Shown here: positions 1 through 12,900 of the stretch, one piece after another
How positions within the stretch are numbered: position 1 is the first letter of the stretch
Layout of the letters: each line of letters starts with the position of its first letter
Source: Klebsormidium nitens
Lineage: Eukaryota; Plantae; Klebsormidiophyceae
Direction of reading: 5' to 3'
Assembly: GCA_000708835.1 (NCBI GenBank)
Contig: DF237574.1
Span: 1 to 49,903 of the forward strand
DNA: 49,903 nucleotides
The notes under the pieces: generated by a model
The model's input: the letters and a program-made list of their open reading frames with translations, nothing else
What the model was told of the DNA's origin: nothing
Database searches by the model: none
Made by a program: the position numbers and the translations under genes

Positions 1-1849
1 CCATTGGATGCAAGCCGGCTGCAGCCTTGCAAGAAGCCGACTCAGTCTCCCAGTCTCCCAGCTCAGCTAGCATCGGCTCGGCACTGGCAAGGCAAGCCAT
101 GGTTTGTCGAGGCTCTAGTCGGTATCCCAATCATATAAGAGGACAAGTATCAATTTTTACTTGTTTTATTGAGCATACTTTGAGTGGTTGCAACTTGCAT
201 CACTTCGGCCCGGGCTTACACAAACCGAGAAATTACACCCCCAAGGTTACCATCCTTTCTACCTTGTAACACTAGATCACCTCTAAACCCCAAAGAGTCC
301 CAACCCTTCCCGGGTCCCCGAGCAAATTTGTTTGTATCATGATCAACCTATATATTCTCCAAATACGACGTAAATTCGATATGACAAGGAGACGTCGGAT
401 TGAAGCATCATCGACATGTCGATATCAATTCATATCTCGCCGATTTTATCGGACAAATCTTCAGATATGGAAGTCAAAATTCGGGACACGTAACCAATTC
501 ACGGCCAATGAAGGAAGAGCCTGATCAGATTTTTTGTAGATTTGGAGCAATACGCCTACCCCGTCTATGTAAGCTATTGGGCGAGGTCCTTGCCTATAAA
601 TGCTGAGCAAGGGCATTTGTTTTGGGGCTGATTCAAATAGTCCCGGGGATAAGCACCATGCTCAAGGGATGCGGGCAATGAATTCACTTTGGTTCCCGGG
701 ACTGCTTTCCGGGCAATGCCCGAACGCCAAGCTGATCAAAAATAGGAGCAAAATTGGCAGATACAACTTCCGAGCTAAGCTACCTAGTACCTACACTGTA
801 CAGTGTGTAATACTGTTCTCTCACACTGATCTGAGTCCTGTGCTAAGTTCCAAGTTTTCCCTCCAAATGAGAGCTCTGCAAGGGCCCACCCGCCGCCGCC
901 CTGAGTGTGTCGCGAAAGGGCGATCAGAGAGCTGGACATGTTTTGCGAGTTGCAAAGAAGCGGACATTTGGGAAAGGTTTTTGAGCTGATTGGAAGAAAC
1001 GGGTATGGTTGTGTGGGGCAGGCTCCGAGGCTCATGTGGTAGGACGAGGACCTACAAACCTTTGGCCAGCATCTTTGATTTGTAACTAACTAGGGCCCGC
1101 CGCTGACAGGGAGCCTTTGCATACAAGCTTTTCAATAGGTTTTGCATATTGAGCTTGCCTAGATACTGGCCATTAGTTGGTTGCTCGCTAGCTCTCTTTG
1201 ACCTCTTCTCTTGATTAGCTTATGCAGAAGTTTGAGACAAGCCGAGACAAGCCAAGGTCCACACTGTCTCAATAGACTTTATCATACGGCAAGGGAGGAT
1301 TTGGAAGCACGGCAATGGATTTTACTGTCAGTTACCTCCAGGTAAGAATGTAAAGCGTTGGATTGATTTATGCTCATTAGTTCCTAATTCGTCCGCAAGT
1401 GCTTCCTGTAATCAGACGGTGTTTCATGCTTGGAAACTTGTGGCCGACAGCTTATCTGATGACAGTAGCATGATGAGAGGCCTTTTACTGGTAAAGGCAT
1501 CGTTAAGGCCCAAGGGGTTTCCTGTGGTGTCTGGCTCTGCATTACCATACGGGTCACATACATATCCTTCGAATGTGCTCTTTGCATACCCGGATTTGTT
1601 GAGCTGGTTAGTCCCAACAACTGGCAGTCGGCAGCAGGAAGCCATAGCAAATTGAGACCTGAGCACTTGTTTTGTTTCTTAGTAGAAGCTGAGACTGGCA
1701 GTGCCGCTCCATTCCGATTTTCAGTTCTTTAAGTTCTATGGAACAGAACGTGCATCTGGTGGATGATTCACCTGGTTTTGCTTTTGATATCAAGGCAAGC
1801 GGTTTCTCATGTTCTTTTCTTCCCTCACGATCTGGTTAAAACTTTGCAG

Positions 1850-1906
1850 GAGGCCGCCAGGGATGACACAGCAGATGATCCAAATGCTAGAGGGTTTTAT
1901 AACCCG
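1850..1906 (+). CDS. Candidate upstream exon of the PP4R3 gene (EAARDDTADDPNARGFYNP)
   Basis: A pyrimidine tract and TTTGCAG acceptor end at 1849, and a strong CCG|GTGAGT donor follows 1906. The 57 nt are phase 0/0 and in frame with the exon starting at 2291. There is no homology support, and the ATG-bearing exon is not identified (possibles: ATG 1315 with a donor at 1342, or ATG near 1738 with a GC donor near 1795). Confidence 0.4.
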
Positions 1907-2290
1907 GTGAGTTGCTCTGATGGATTTTTGCAAGCCGCAACAGACGTATACTAGCTGCGCTGATGACGGGTGAACCGTTCGGCGTCACAATCTGGATGAC
2001 GAATTGAGCAGCAGATTCAGAGGCTGCTTCCGCTGCAAAAAACACCTATGAAAGGTTACCTTGATGGGATTGCAGATTAGGGTTTCCTAGTTTTGTTGCT
2101 GGTTCCAAGCTCAACTCGGGTTTGAAGAGTGAAATCAAAAAGGCAGCTGGAAAGCTCCTCTTAGATACACCTGGCAGCCTCGGCCCGCTGCTCTGGTATT
2201 TGGCAATTCTTTCGAGTGGAGAAGTTGGCAGGAGTTCAAGCAGATACCCCGGGCGAATATCCAGACACTGATCTTGCTGTGGTTTTGCAG

Positions 2291-5200
2291 AGGGTGAAGG
2301 TGTACCGCTTAAATGATGATGGCAAGTGGGTGGACAAGGGCACAGGGCATGTTTCGGTCGAGTATCTAGAGCGCTTGGATGCAGTGGGCCTGGTTGTCAT
2401 TGATGAAGAGGATCAGAACACCCTCCTGGTGCATAGGATATCGGCGGATGATATCTACCAAAGACAGGAAGGTCAGTACTTTGAGCAGCACCTTAGCTAT
2501 GATGCGATTTTTGGCGATATTAAATGTAGTGGCTCTGGAACAGTGTGCAGAGCCGAGCCGGTCTCCGGTGATGGCAAACAAATATCGAGAGAAAGCTGCT
2601 TTTGCTTGCTCGCACAGATCTCCAAGTTTTCCGCTGTCGCAATAGCATTACGTTGAGATTGTTCTCTTGGTACAGGGGAGTGGATTTGATTTATGCTGTT
2701 GACTTTGGATCCGGGTGCCTAGCTAGCATCCTCTTTGAAGATTTTATGCTTCAAAGTCACATCAAGTAAAACTTTCTGTTTCTCAATTTGCAGAAACGAT
2801 AATTTCCTGGACAGACCCAGAAGTAGCGACAGACTTGGCCCTGAGCTTTCAGGAAACGATGGGGTGCAATTACATCTGGGAGCAAGTCTGCAGCGTGCAG
2901 CGCCAGATCCAGTTTCCGACCGTAGGGCTTGCCGAGGGCCCACGGCAGCTCAGCGAAGATCTGGAGCACTCGGGGACATCCCAGGAGGAAGGTGAGCGCA
3001 CGGAAGATGGTTGCGGAAGTTGTGAATTTCTGCTCGATTCTGGAAGCAGTTACAAGGGTATGCTTGTCCAGCCTCTTCCGGCATGTTTTGGAGGACAGAG
3101 CTATGGGTTAACTTGAGCAACTGTTGAATTCGATTGCAGAATTGGCTGCCTGAGTGCAGATTCGTTGAGGCCGTTCGTCCTGCCCAATCATCTTCAAATG
3201 GTAAATTCTATCTCCGTTTTCTTCAGAAGACCACTTTCAAGAGCCGATCGTGAACGACTCAGTCGAGTTGCCGCGGCCGGAGCTTAGCAATCTCCCTCAG
3301 CTCGCGAAGATTGTGTCGGAGGTCTCCCCCTTCCACCGGGAGCGGGTGGCGTCCTTGATGACGAGGGACCCCACCTACCTGAAGCGGTTACTGGACCTAT
3401 TCCGCTTCTCGGAGGACCTGGAAAATACGGAGGGGCTGCACCTGATGTACAAGATCGTGAAGGGGATCATTATGCTGAATGACAACAGCATCTTTGAAAT
3501 AATCTTTCGGGACGACTGCATCATGGACATCGTGGGGGCCCTGGAATGTGAGTGCCGGCGCTTTGGGCTGGGGGGCTGTCAGCAGTTAGTTGGATGTTCT
3601 CTTTCTCTAGGAACTGGAAGTGGCTGAATGCAATCTAGGCTCTGCACTTGGCTTCTGGAATGTGTCAGGCACTCTTGCCGTTGTTTTAGTGCAGAGCGAC
3701 CACATAGATGCATTCATCGGCTTGGCTTGTGCTGAAGCACTTGGGGGTTGTGTTTGTGATACAGACGACCCCGATGCTCCCCAAAAGGCAGAGCATCGCA
3801 AGTACCTGAACGAGCAGGTCTCCTTTAAGGAGGCGGTGCCCATCCGCGACCCGAACACGCTCAGCAAGATTCACCAGACGTACCGCATCGGGTACATCAA
3901 GGACGTCGTCTTGCCGCGAGTGCTTGACGATCAGACCTTCGGCTCGCTCAACTCGCTCATGCTGTTCAACCATGTAGAGGTTATCAGCAGCCTACAGGTG
4001 CGCATTTCGAGCTCGTGTTACTTGTGCCGCGTTACCCTTCCTTGCTATTTCGGGTGCCAACTTGAAAAAAGGCTTACGTCTGATGTCCTCTTGTTGAGCC
4101 GCTGTTCTTTTCTCCCCTTTGCACATCGTCTCGTCCAAGAAAGCAAGGATTGTCCATCGATGCTCACCCCTTTTATCAGCATCTAGTCTGGTTCAGCACC
4201 AGTCCAAGTACGTGATTCGTGTTGTGGTTCTGCTTCTCCCAACTCGCACCAGGGCACTAATATCTTTTGAAGCTCGGAAGCTTTGTATCTTTCGCAAAAA
4301 TATCTGCGATTGGGCCAACGAAGCGCTGAGCTGGCTTTGCTGTGTGTGCAGAACGACCGCATGTTCTTGGGGGAGTTGTTTGCTGCATTGCGGGCGCGCC
4401 AGGACACTGACAAGAGCTGGCAGGATATAGTCTACTTTTTGCACGAGTTTTGCTCGCTCTCCCGACACCTACAGCCACAACAGGTAAGTGGCTTCTTATG
4501 CTTGTCAGATGGTCTCCATGCCTACTCACGATGGCTACATAGTCAATATACAGGTGGCCGAAAGATTCACGACTTGGTGTGTTGCGTGCCCTATGCTTAA
4601 GTGGGCGTTCGCACCCGCGATTGCAATTCTTGATCAGGCAGCATAATGCGAACGGGCTACATTCACCCGGTCGAACTGTGCCCTTGTCATGCTTCAGCGT
4701 TGCCACTGGCATGATTGTTCAAACTCCTTTTGATGTCCATAGGAGCGACAATGATTCAAGTCGCGGACAGTGGGTCTTTAAAAGCGTCTAAAGTTCTAAT
4801 ACGCAGGATTCTTTGACGCGACATCAACCAATGTTCTTTGTCAAGCGCTGCCACTCTTCTCATCCGGATCAGCTTCGTTCCCCAACCTTCACGTTTCTCT
4901 CTCTCCAGCGCAACCATCTCTACCAGTCCCTCATCATGGCGGGCCTCTTCGAGGTCGTGTCCCGCATCCTGGAAAGCTCGGACGAGAAGCTCCGCCTGGC
5001 GGGATCCGACATCCTGATGTGCACCCTCACTCACGACCCCGCGTCGCTGCGCAACTTCCTGGCGGGCGCCAAGGGTCGGCCGCTGTTTGCGCAGCTCATG
5101 CGCGGCATGCTGACGCCCAGCGAGGGCGGCCTGCAGGCACAGCTCTTGGAGATGATGCGCATGCTCCTCGACTCGGACTCCATGGAAGCGGTGAGCAGGC

Positions 5201-8200
5201 CCTGCTCCTACTTTGGTCTTTGCTGCTTCTTGTCTTTTGGACGGGGATCCCAAGTGCTGGTATGTACGGGGTTGGTGTTTGGGCACTGCTCTCAGACAAG
5301 GAGGCCCAAGCTGGCGTCGACGATTTGCCCTGTCTTGTGTAAGGAGAAGGTAGCCAAGCGTGTGCGTGCAGCGTAGGCCGAGTACAGTCTGGAGGCGCCT
5401 TGCTCTCTCGCACTCTGTAATGTCCGCACAGAGCCGTCAAAAGCCGATAGCCAGCCGCGAGGAGCCGCTAGAAAGTCATGGCAACAGCGTAAGTCTCAAC
5501 TTGTACAAAAACAGCCACCATGCGGCGAGACGTTTCCCCGCTCGTCCCTGACGGCTCTCGCTCTGTGTGCAGACCGAGAAGAGCTCGTTCCTGGACCTGT
5601 TCTATGATGATTACATCGAGCAGCTGGTGGCGACGCTGGTGGCGGGGTGCAAGACGGGCAAGGACGCGGAGGACGTGGTGACCAAGCACGTCGTGGGGCG
5701 GCCGATGGGGTCCAAGGCGGCCATCCCCGTGAAGCTGCCCGTGGACGAGAGTCTCATCACCGCCGAGACGCTGAACCACATCTGCGAGCTGCTCACCTTC
5801 TGCGTGCAGCACCACAGCTTCCGGATCAAGTGAGGCGCCTGCTGTCGGTGAACTCGACATTGTACAGGGGCACGGGAGCTGAAAGTAGCGTGGGTTGCGT
5901 GGGGGGGTGGAAGAGCGGAGAGGTGGCAGGAAAAGGCGTCTATTTGTTTGAAGGGAGTCGTCGAATATATGTCGGTGGTCGCTCTGTCGGGGAGCTTGAA
6001 CGTCGGCTGGAACAAGCTGCGGCTCTACACGATGCTCAGGTCGTGTGTGCAACCTTGCATCCTTCGGGCTTGGACAGCACCAAAATATCCGCACCAAAAA
6101 GTATTGCACCAATGAACCTGCACCTAGTTGTCCCTTTTCCTAGTGTCTGCTTCCATCCTTTCATCGTCAAACGATCGAAGAAGTCTCGCCTTGGCTGCTC
6201 AAGCAAGAGCTCGCTGTAGCGGCCCCACACTTCGACATGAGACGCCCGGTCAGCTAGTAGCGCTGAGGGCGTGCTATCTCCAACGCTGTTCTCCGTTTCG
6301 TTTAACAGGTACTACGTGCTGCGCAACAACGTGGTGGAGAAGGTGCTGCGGCTGACGCGGCGGCGCGAGAAGTACCTGGTGGTGGCCGCCATCCGCTTCC
6401 TGCGCACCTGCATCGGGCTCAAGGACGACTTCTACGCGCGCTACCTCGTCAAGAACAACCTGTTCGCGCCCGTCATGGACGCGTTCAAGGCCAACGGCGA
6501 CAAGTACAACATGCTCAACTCGGCCGTCATCGAGTTGGTGGACTATGTGCGCAAGGTGAGCGGAAGAGTCTAGCACTCGCAACATGAGATTAACGGTGGA
6601 GAAGGGCAGCGGGAGATGGAAGAGCAAGAGCGGGTTGCCCTTCTGCTTTGACGCGGGCACGAAGGAAGAGCAGACATTTAAAACAATCACCGCATACACG
6701 GCTCACGTCATTGCAGATTTGGACGTTGCCTCAAGATTACGCCACTAGCTGTGCAAACAAAGCGGCATGTCCCGCAGGTAAACTGCAGGAGTCCTTTGCA
6801 TCAGAGCTTCGCTGACAGGCCTTTGTTGTGCTCTCCCAGGAGAACATGAAGGCGCTGGTATGCCACCTGTGGGAGACCTTCGGCGAGCTCTTATCCGGCG
6901 TGAGCTACGTGGACACGTTCCAGAACCTGCAGATCAAGTACAACCAGGTACTGGACGGCCCAGGCTCCCAGGCCGCCCCCGCCGACTTGGCCAACCGGGC
7001 GATGCCCCCCATGCCAGGGATGGCGCGCGACGCGGACCATGGCTCTCGGAAGATGCGGGAAAACTCGCCGACGGGGCGGGCCGCTGCGATAGCGGCCGCT
7101 CGGGAGATGCAGCTAAGGAGGCGGAGAGACGGAAGCATGGACCAGGTAAGAGCACGCGCTGCAGCTCCGGCGAGAGCTGCAATTTTCGATTGTTGAAGAC
7201 ATACTTTCTGCTTATTTGGTTGGTCTGAGCGCTGCAAAGATTGTCAGCCAACGCTGTGCAAGCTTTGCTCGGGAAGTCGAGGCGTCCCTCTTGCAATCTT
7301 ACTCTTGAACGTCTGCCGGATACCATGTCCTGTTTCACTTATCCGGACAAGATGTAGTTTCTTCAAGAAAGACCAGCAAGCCAGGGCACTTGAGGATTAT
7401 AAGCAGGAAAGTCAGGTTAGATTTGATACAAGCAACTTTCTGGCTGCGGAACCTTTTTACTTCACAGAAACATACGTGCAAAAGAAGGTTGCGAAGGATC
7501 AAAGCAAGGGCAGGCGAAGGATCAAAGGTGGCGTGCTTGACGAATGCAGGACGAGGAGGCCTACTTCAGCTCCGACGGGGACGACGAGGACGAGGGCGAG
7601 CACCACATCAATGCGCGCATCGACCAGCTGCGGGGGGGGCATCCCCCCATCGAAGGGCCCCCCCTACCCCAACCAACTGCGAATGGCGGGGAGGCTACTG
7701 CGATGGGTTTGCGCAACCCGTTCGGGTTAGTGGACTACGAAGACGAGGACGAGGAGTCCCCGCCAGGCAGCTCGGGCGGGAATGGGCTGGGCCCGCACGG
7801 GCGGCAGGAGAACCACCCGCCGGCGGCCCCGCACTTGTGGCCCGGGGCGCAGCAGAGGACGGGCATCTGGGGGGACGGCTTGGCGCTCAAACGGGGGCCC
7901 CTCATGCGAGAGGGCGCGCTCGCGTTTCCCAACGGATCGAACTTCGAGAGGGGGCCGCTGCGGGTTGCGCGGCGGATGTCCCCGGGGCGGGACCACGGGT
8001 CGCGGCGGCGCGATATGGACCTGTCGCTGGAGCGGGAGGAGTACGAGGAGAAGATGAAGCGGCGGCGCATGATGGCGGGCAAGGTGAACGGGGACGCGAC
8101 TGCGGAGGAGGCGCGGCGGGGGCCCAAGGAGCGCGGCTGGAAGAGCACGCGCAGCAAGTGGCGGGAGCACCTGCTGAAGCGGGAGCGGCACGCGCTGGAC

Positions 8201-8835
8201 GGGCTGCGGCCGGAGTTGGCGGCGATGGAAGAGGATGCGTCGCAGGTGCTACAAGCCTTCCAGGAGCGGGTCGAGAGCCCAGGGGGGGAGCCGCAGCAGG
8301 TGCAGGAAGGGGGGAGGCGGGGAGCGCCGGGATGGGGGGGGAGCGGCCGGAGGAGGCCATGCGGCCGGGGACGGCTGTGCATGACATTCTGATGGGGGTA
8401 GATTTGCCAAGCATTGAGGCGCTGGAGGTGGGCGCTTTGAGAGAGGGGGCGTTTGCAGGACAGGGCGAGACCGAAAACGAAGAAGGCAGGGATGCGAAAG
8501 GCGCGAGTGAGTTGGGGTCGACGGGTGGCGAGGGGCCGTCTGGGGAGGCGGTTCAGCAGATGGTAGTTGAGGAGGCAGGCCCCGCCACCGTGGAGAATGC
8601 CGGGGAAGGGGGTCCGTTTAGGGACGTGCCGGAAGCGGAAGGGCCAAAAGAAGCTGGACCAGTTCGAGACGACTGGCAGGGGGGCTTGGACTTTCAGGGC
8701 GACCTTTCGACTAGCAAAGAGTCGGACAATAAACTGAAGCTAGACAGCGAGCGAGGTTCTCAGCAGGAGTTGTTAGGATTAGGGGGCGACCTTGCGAGGA
8801 GCAACCCAACCCCGGAGCCGTATGAAGTAAGATAA
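2291..8835 (+). CDS. PSY2L: Serine/threonine protein phosphatase 4 regulatory subunit 3 (PSY2/SMEK/PP4R3 family), spliced. 5' end unresolved; last exon has an apparent frameshift.
   Basis: GT-AG exons 2291-2471, 2794-2991, 3227-3547, 3765-3997, 4352-4483, 4909-5190, 5573-5829, 6309-6555, 6840-7145 and 7550-end join in frame. They give the EVH1/PH-like N-terminus (RVKVYRLNDDGKWVDKGTGHV...ETIISWTDPEVATDLALSFQE), the SMK-1 region (SKIHQTYRIGYIKDVVL, YFLHEFCSLS), NICELLTFCV, RRREKYLVVAAIRF, YNMLNSAVIEL and the acidic tail motif GLVDYEDEDEE. The exon frame stops at 8392; the -1 frame continues to 8835. No start codon was established. Confidence 0.95.
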
Positions 8836-9490
8836 GGGGGGCCCTTAGCAACAGCCGTGTCTGTATAGTAGTGTCATTCCGGTAGTGAAGAATCTTTCGC
8901 TCAGTTGTCCTGTGTCAGCCATTGGGACATTGGGTGGATCCGAGCTCTGTTTGCTGGAGCAGTTTGGGGCAGGTCAGGATGGTGTCAAAATCGGTTTACT
9001 TGCATTTCAAAACGTGAACGCCTTCTTGCATGAGTGCTGGACTGATATGCGCAGTGATCATATGCAAACTTTTGCTGATTGGACATTGCTGGAAAAGTGA
9101 CGGGGGAGCATGGTGGTACCTTAACCCGCGGCTTCAGAGAGACATCAGATATCAAAGGAATGAAGGCTTGCAAGCGCATGCATCAGTTGATGATCTGAGC
9201 AGGTGACCAACCTGTAGGAAATCAACGTCCCATAAGTTCTCAGCCACATACCGTACCCAAACGATTATGTGCATGAGACAACCGGAAATGAGATGGTTAT
9301 GTTGTTCTCTTTCAAGCGCCGAGGCCATAGCCCCCAAGCATGTGATTGCTTATCTCCATATGGCTGGGTTAAGGTATAGTGCGCATATGGATCAGCTTGT
9401 CATATGCATGCATGGATTGCTATAGCAGGCCGGCAAAAGACTCGTGGCTTTCCACACGCTTCCCAGCGACAGACAAATACCTTTAATACG

Positions 9491-9780
9491 TACCGTATAC
9501 TCCGGGGCGTTTTGGATTCCCGAGAGATAGTCCTAGGTAGTGCTGGAGCCTGACGTATTGCAAAAGACTGGCCGGGGCGCGGCCGTCTGGTCACAGTCAC
9601 GGTGCGGCACGACGACGGTCCGAGTCACGTCCGGGTCCCGCGGCGCGAAAGCCCAATGAGCCAGTACGGTGGGCCTGATCGAGTGACCCGGCTGGTAAAC
9701 CTCGACACGTGACAATGCGGCCTTCAAGTTTGCGGCGCCGCGCCCGGCCGCGCTGTGTACGCGCGCCGGGTAGTACGGTA
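9491..9780. mobile_element. Possible degenerate Tc1/mariner-pogo-type MITE upstream of Toc34
   Basis: Left end TACCGTATACTCCGG (9491-9505). Right end CCGGGTAGTACGGTA (9766-9780; reverse complement TACCGTACTACCCGG). Both ends carry an outer TA, compatible with a TA TSD. The interior is GC-rich. Only 7 bp match exactly, so this is tentative. Confidence 0.35.
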
Positions 9781-9916
9781 GTCCTACAGGCTAGCTCTGA
9801 GTCTAGACTCTGCGCTAACTTTTCTGGGCATATCCGAGAGGCAAATTCATGCAGCTGAGGTTATTGAAGGCTGAAGCGTTGCATCCTGAGATTGCTCTAC
9901 GCACATCGGGGCTGGA

Positions 9917-12900
9917 ATGGGGTCTCGTGGTCCATCCCTTCCTGGCGCCCCACGGATGCAAATACCAGAATGGCGGGGCCTTGCGCAGTTCCCAGTGGCC
10001 ACTCAGCAGGCACTTCACAACCTGCTGGAAAAGTTGAGACAGAAGGTATGGTCACCTTGAGAAAGCTTTCATTGAAGTAATGAATTGCAGCAAATCATGG
10101 TAATGGTGCGGCCCTGGCAACCTGGCTGCACCACTGATATGCAGCATTGATGTTGCCACTAAAGCGCTGTCTTGAAAGGCAATGTGGTGTCGCAGAATTG
10201 CTGGTCCTCTATGGAGTTTGCAGAGCTCAGATTCTGGAAGGGCCTATCCATCTGGAACTTCTTTCCAAGATTGGCATTTGTCAAATGTAAGGCATAAATG
10301 TGCATGCGGCGCAGGGTTAGAGCAGCATTGGTCCATCGATGTGGTGGCTTCAATGCTGATGGCACTTCTTCCTCCATTAGTCACAGAAAACGGGATGAGC
10401 AGGCATGCTGCAAACGATCCTTAATGATAAGGGACAAGATCAACCGCCCTGGCAAGAAAGTGCCACAATGATTGATGGTCCATCACCTGTCCAGTTCATC
10501 GTTGGGCAATCGAACGCTTCACCACTGTGTAACGTGCTTCGTATTGGCGATGATTGCAGGACAAGGATTCTCTCAACATTCTGGTCCTGGGGAAGGGCGC
10601 GGTGGGGAAGAGCTCCACTGTCAATTCGATAGTCGGCGAGCGGGTCGTGACTGTGACGCCGTTTCAGGGGGAGATAGTTCGGCCCGAGGTCGTCTTCCGG
10701 CAAAAGGCGGGCTTCACGCTGAGCATCTTTGACACCCCGGCCATCGACGACGGGTCCGTGAACGAGGACCTGCTTAAGGGAATGCGTGGCTTCCTGCTGG
10801 AGAAGCCCATCGACGCTCTGCTCTATGTGGACCGCCTCGACACGTACCGTGTGGACGATTTGGACCGAGAGGTGCGGGCCTGATGTGCTCATTTTCGTGC
10901 TTCGGGCAGGACTTGTTGCTATCGTAGTCCTCGGAGGTTCTGGAGATGAGGAATAGCCATGGGATTCCTTTGGTTTAAATGAAGTTGGTTGAGCAGAACT
11001 GTCTGCATGCAAGGAAAGGCAGCGGCAGCTGTCAGACTACTCGCAAGTTGCTGAAGCGGGTTTGTTGCTCCCCCAGGCGATGGCAGGGATCACCAAAGTG
11101 TTTGGAGCGCGGCTGTGGAAGGACGCTGTGCTTGTCCTTACTCACGGGTAAGACCGCTGCTTCCAGCTGCTCGAATGAATTGGCTCGAATGAATCGGGCT
11201 TCCATAGTGGGCGGTGAACGCAGATGGTGCACCATGCTTGCTTGTTTCATCAAGTTTCCATCTCTTTGTCTGCGGGCCAACCGAGACTTTTATGCTGGCC
11301 GCCCTTACAATCGTTGTCCATCTTGCAGCCAGTGCAATCCCCCTGAAGGCACCACAATCTCTGAGTACGTGGCTAGGCGAACGGCGGTAAGCTGCTATAT
11401 GTTATTCTTCGTTGCGATGTTGAAGATTGCTCGCTTTTCCTGGTCACATCTTCTGCAACCGGTGCCCGCTGCAAAGTGTTCTTGTTGGGCTGCACCTTTC
11501 AGAGAAGCGCCTCTTCTCTAATTGGCTAACCGCTGTCCTCCGACTCCAGAACGTGGTGGCGGCCATCAAGCAGGCGGCAAAGAAGGGCGGGGTAACGCTG
11601 GTGAGTCAGTCTCGTGGGTTCTCATTCGGATTGCCGAGTCTGGCCCGTATCTTTTCCTTCCTACATGACATGATTCTGGCCAATCTGAGGAAAGTGCTGA
11701 GATATCTCCGATAACCAGGGCACAATGATTCTGCACATCATTAAGAAACGTCCCAAGCCGTTTCTGCAGTCGTGAGCACTTCGTCTTTTGAATGGATCGG
11801 TTTTGGGAAGTACGAGATTGGCTGGAGAGGAAAAGGAAAAAGCAACAGGTAGAAAGGACGCCAAGGTTCGGAAAAGAAGACACGCACTACTTCTCACCTG
11901 ATTTTATGTTTGGAGATACGCGCCGAACCTGGCCCTGGTTGCCATGCACCTGAGCAATCTGCTAGACGCAGGCTCGAACAAGTCCAGTTGCATCCGATCT
12001 GCCTACTTGACTGAGCGTGCCTACCCTTTTCTCCAGAACGATGTGCCGGTGGCTATAGTGGAGAACTCGTCGCGGTGCAACACCAACTCCGGCGGAGAAA
12101 AGGTCAGCAACCTGGGCTCACACCCACTTGAGACGTCCGAAAGTTCGATCCACTGGTATGCTGATTAGCTGACCTCGGCACTCTCTTGCACTCCTGGCTG
12201 TTGTGACTTTCCCTGACCAACCCCTAGGAAACGCTTCGCGACCAAGTGTCAGTGCCTCTTCTTCAAAGGGTTGCGAGTTGTACGGCTTGTCAAGACCTCA
12301 CATTAGCGGGTCCGGAAGGTTCGGATAGGCTAGAGCCCCCCGGCAACAGGCCCGCTGACATTGTCACCGCTTTGAAACCCGTCATTGTCTTGTGCCTTTC
12401 GGCCATCAACCTCCGCGGTTTCGTTTGCAGATTCTGTACGACAACAGCGTGTGGCTGCCCGCGCTGGTGGGCAAGATCGTGGACGTGGCCCTGCGGCCGG
12501 ACAAGGCCGGGCCGTACATGGTCACCGAGGACATGGTGCTGCCCATCGACGGCAACAGCCGCCTGCGCTGGCTCATCGCGCCCCTCCTCGCCCTCCAGGT
12601 GGGTTGCGGACCAACGCACGTCATTGCTGCGACGGTCCGCAGAATGGTCTAGCGAAGCTGTTTCGCAAGGTGCTTTGGAGGTCTGATTGCAGGTCTCGCT
12701 GCAGCATTCATCGCCGATTTAGAGCGGTCTGCGCTGGAAACATGCACGCTTTCCGGCTATCGAGAGGATGTGGTGGTCGACCTTTGACACTGCATGCAAG
12801 TGTGAGTAGTTCGCTTGTCCGAATCGTTTTTTGGGCTTGGCGGTATGGTCGGGAATTGAAGCTGAGGGCGTGCCGTGCTGGCCTCTGCAGGTGGGGCTCG

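Noticed and set aside
1-1300. Short ORFs and relatively AT-rich sequence at the window start; small GAGACAAGCC duplication near 1235
   Set aside because: No recognisable protein motif, TIR/TSD pair or splice-consistent gene model.
1562-1842. Possible U12 AT-AC intron (ATATCCTT at 1562, TTCCCTCAC, AC at 1841-1842) that would preserve frame into the 1850-1906 exon
   Set aside because: About 1.5 ATATCCTT matches are expected by chance in both strands of 50 kb. The branch site is a poor U12 match, and a strong ordinary CAG acceptor lies 7 nt further on.
2077-2085. Telo-box (TTAGGGTTT) near the PP4R3 5' region; single TTTAGGG near 24806
   Set aside because: Isolated short matches near chance expectation; no telomeric array.
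7390-8300. 5' part of the 481-aa ORF 7390-8835 and the antisense ORFs over 7727-8414
   Set aside because: These are off-frame and antisense readings of the GC-rich PP4R3 last exon. Only the part after about 8310 looks coding.
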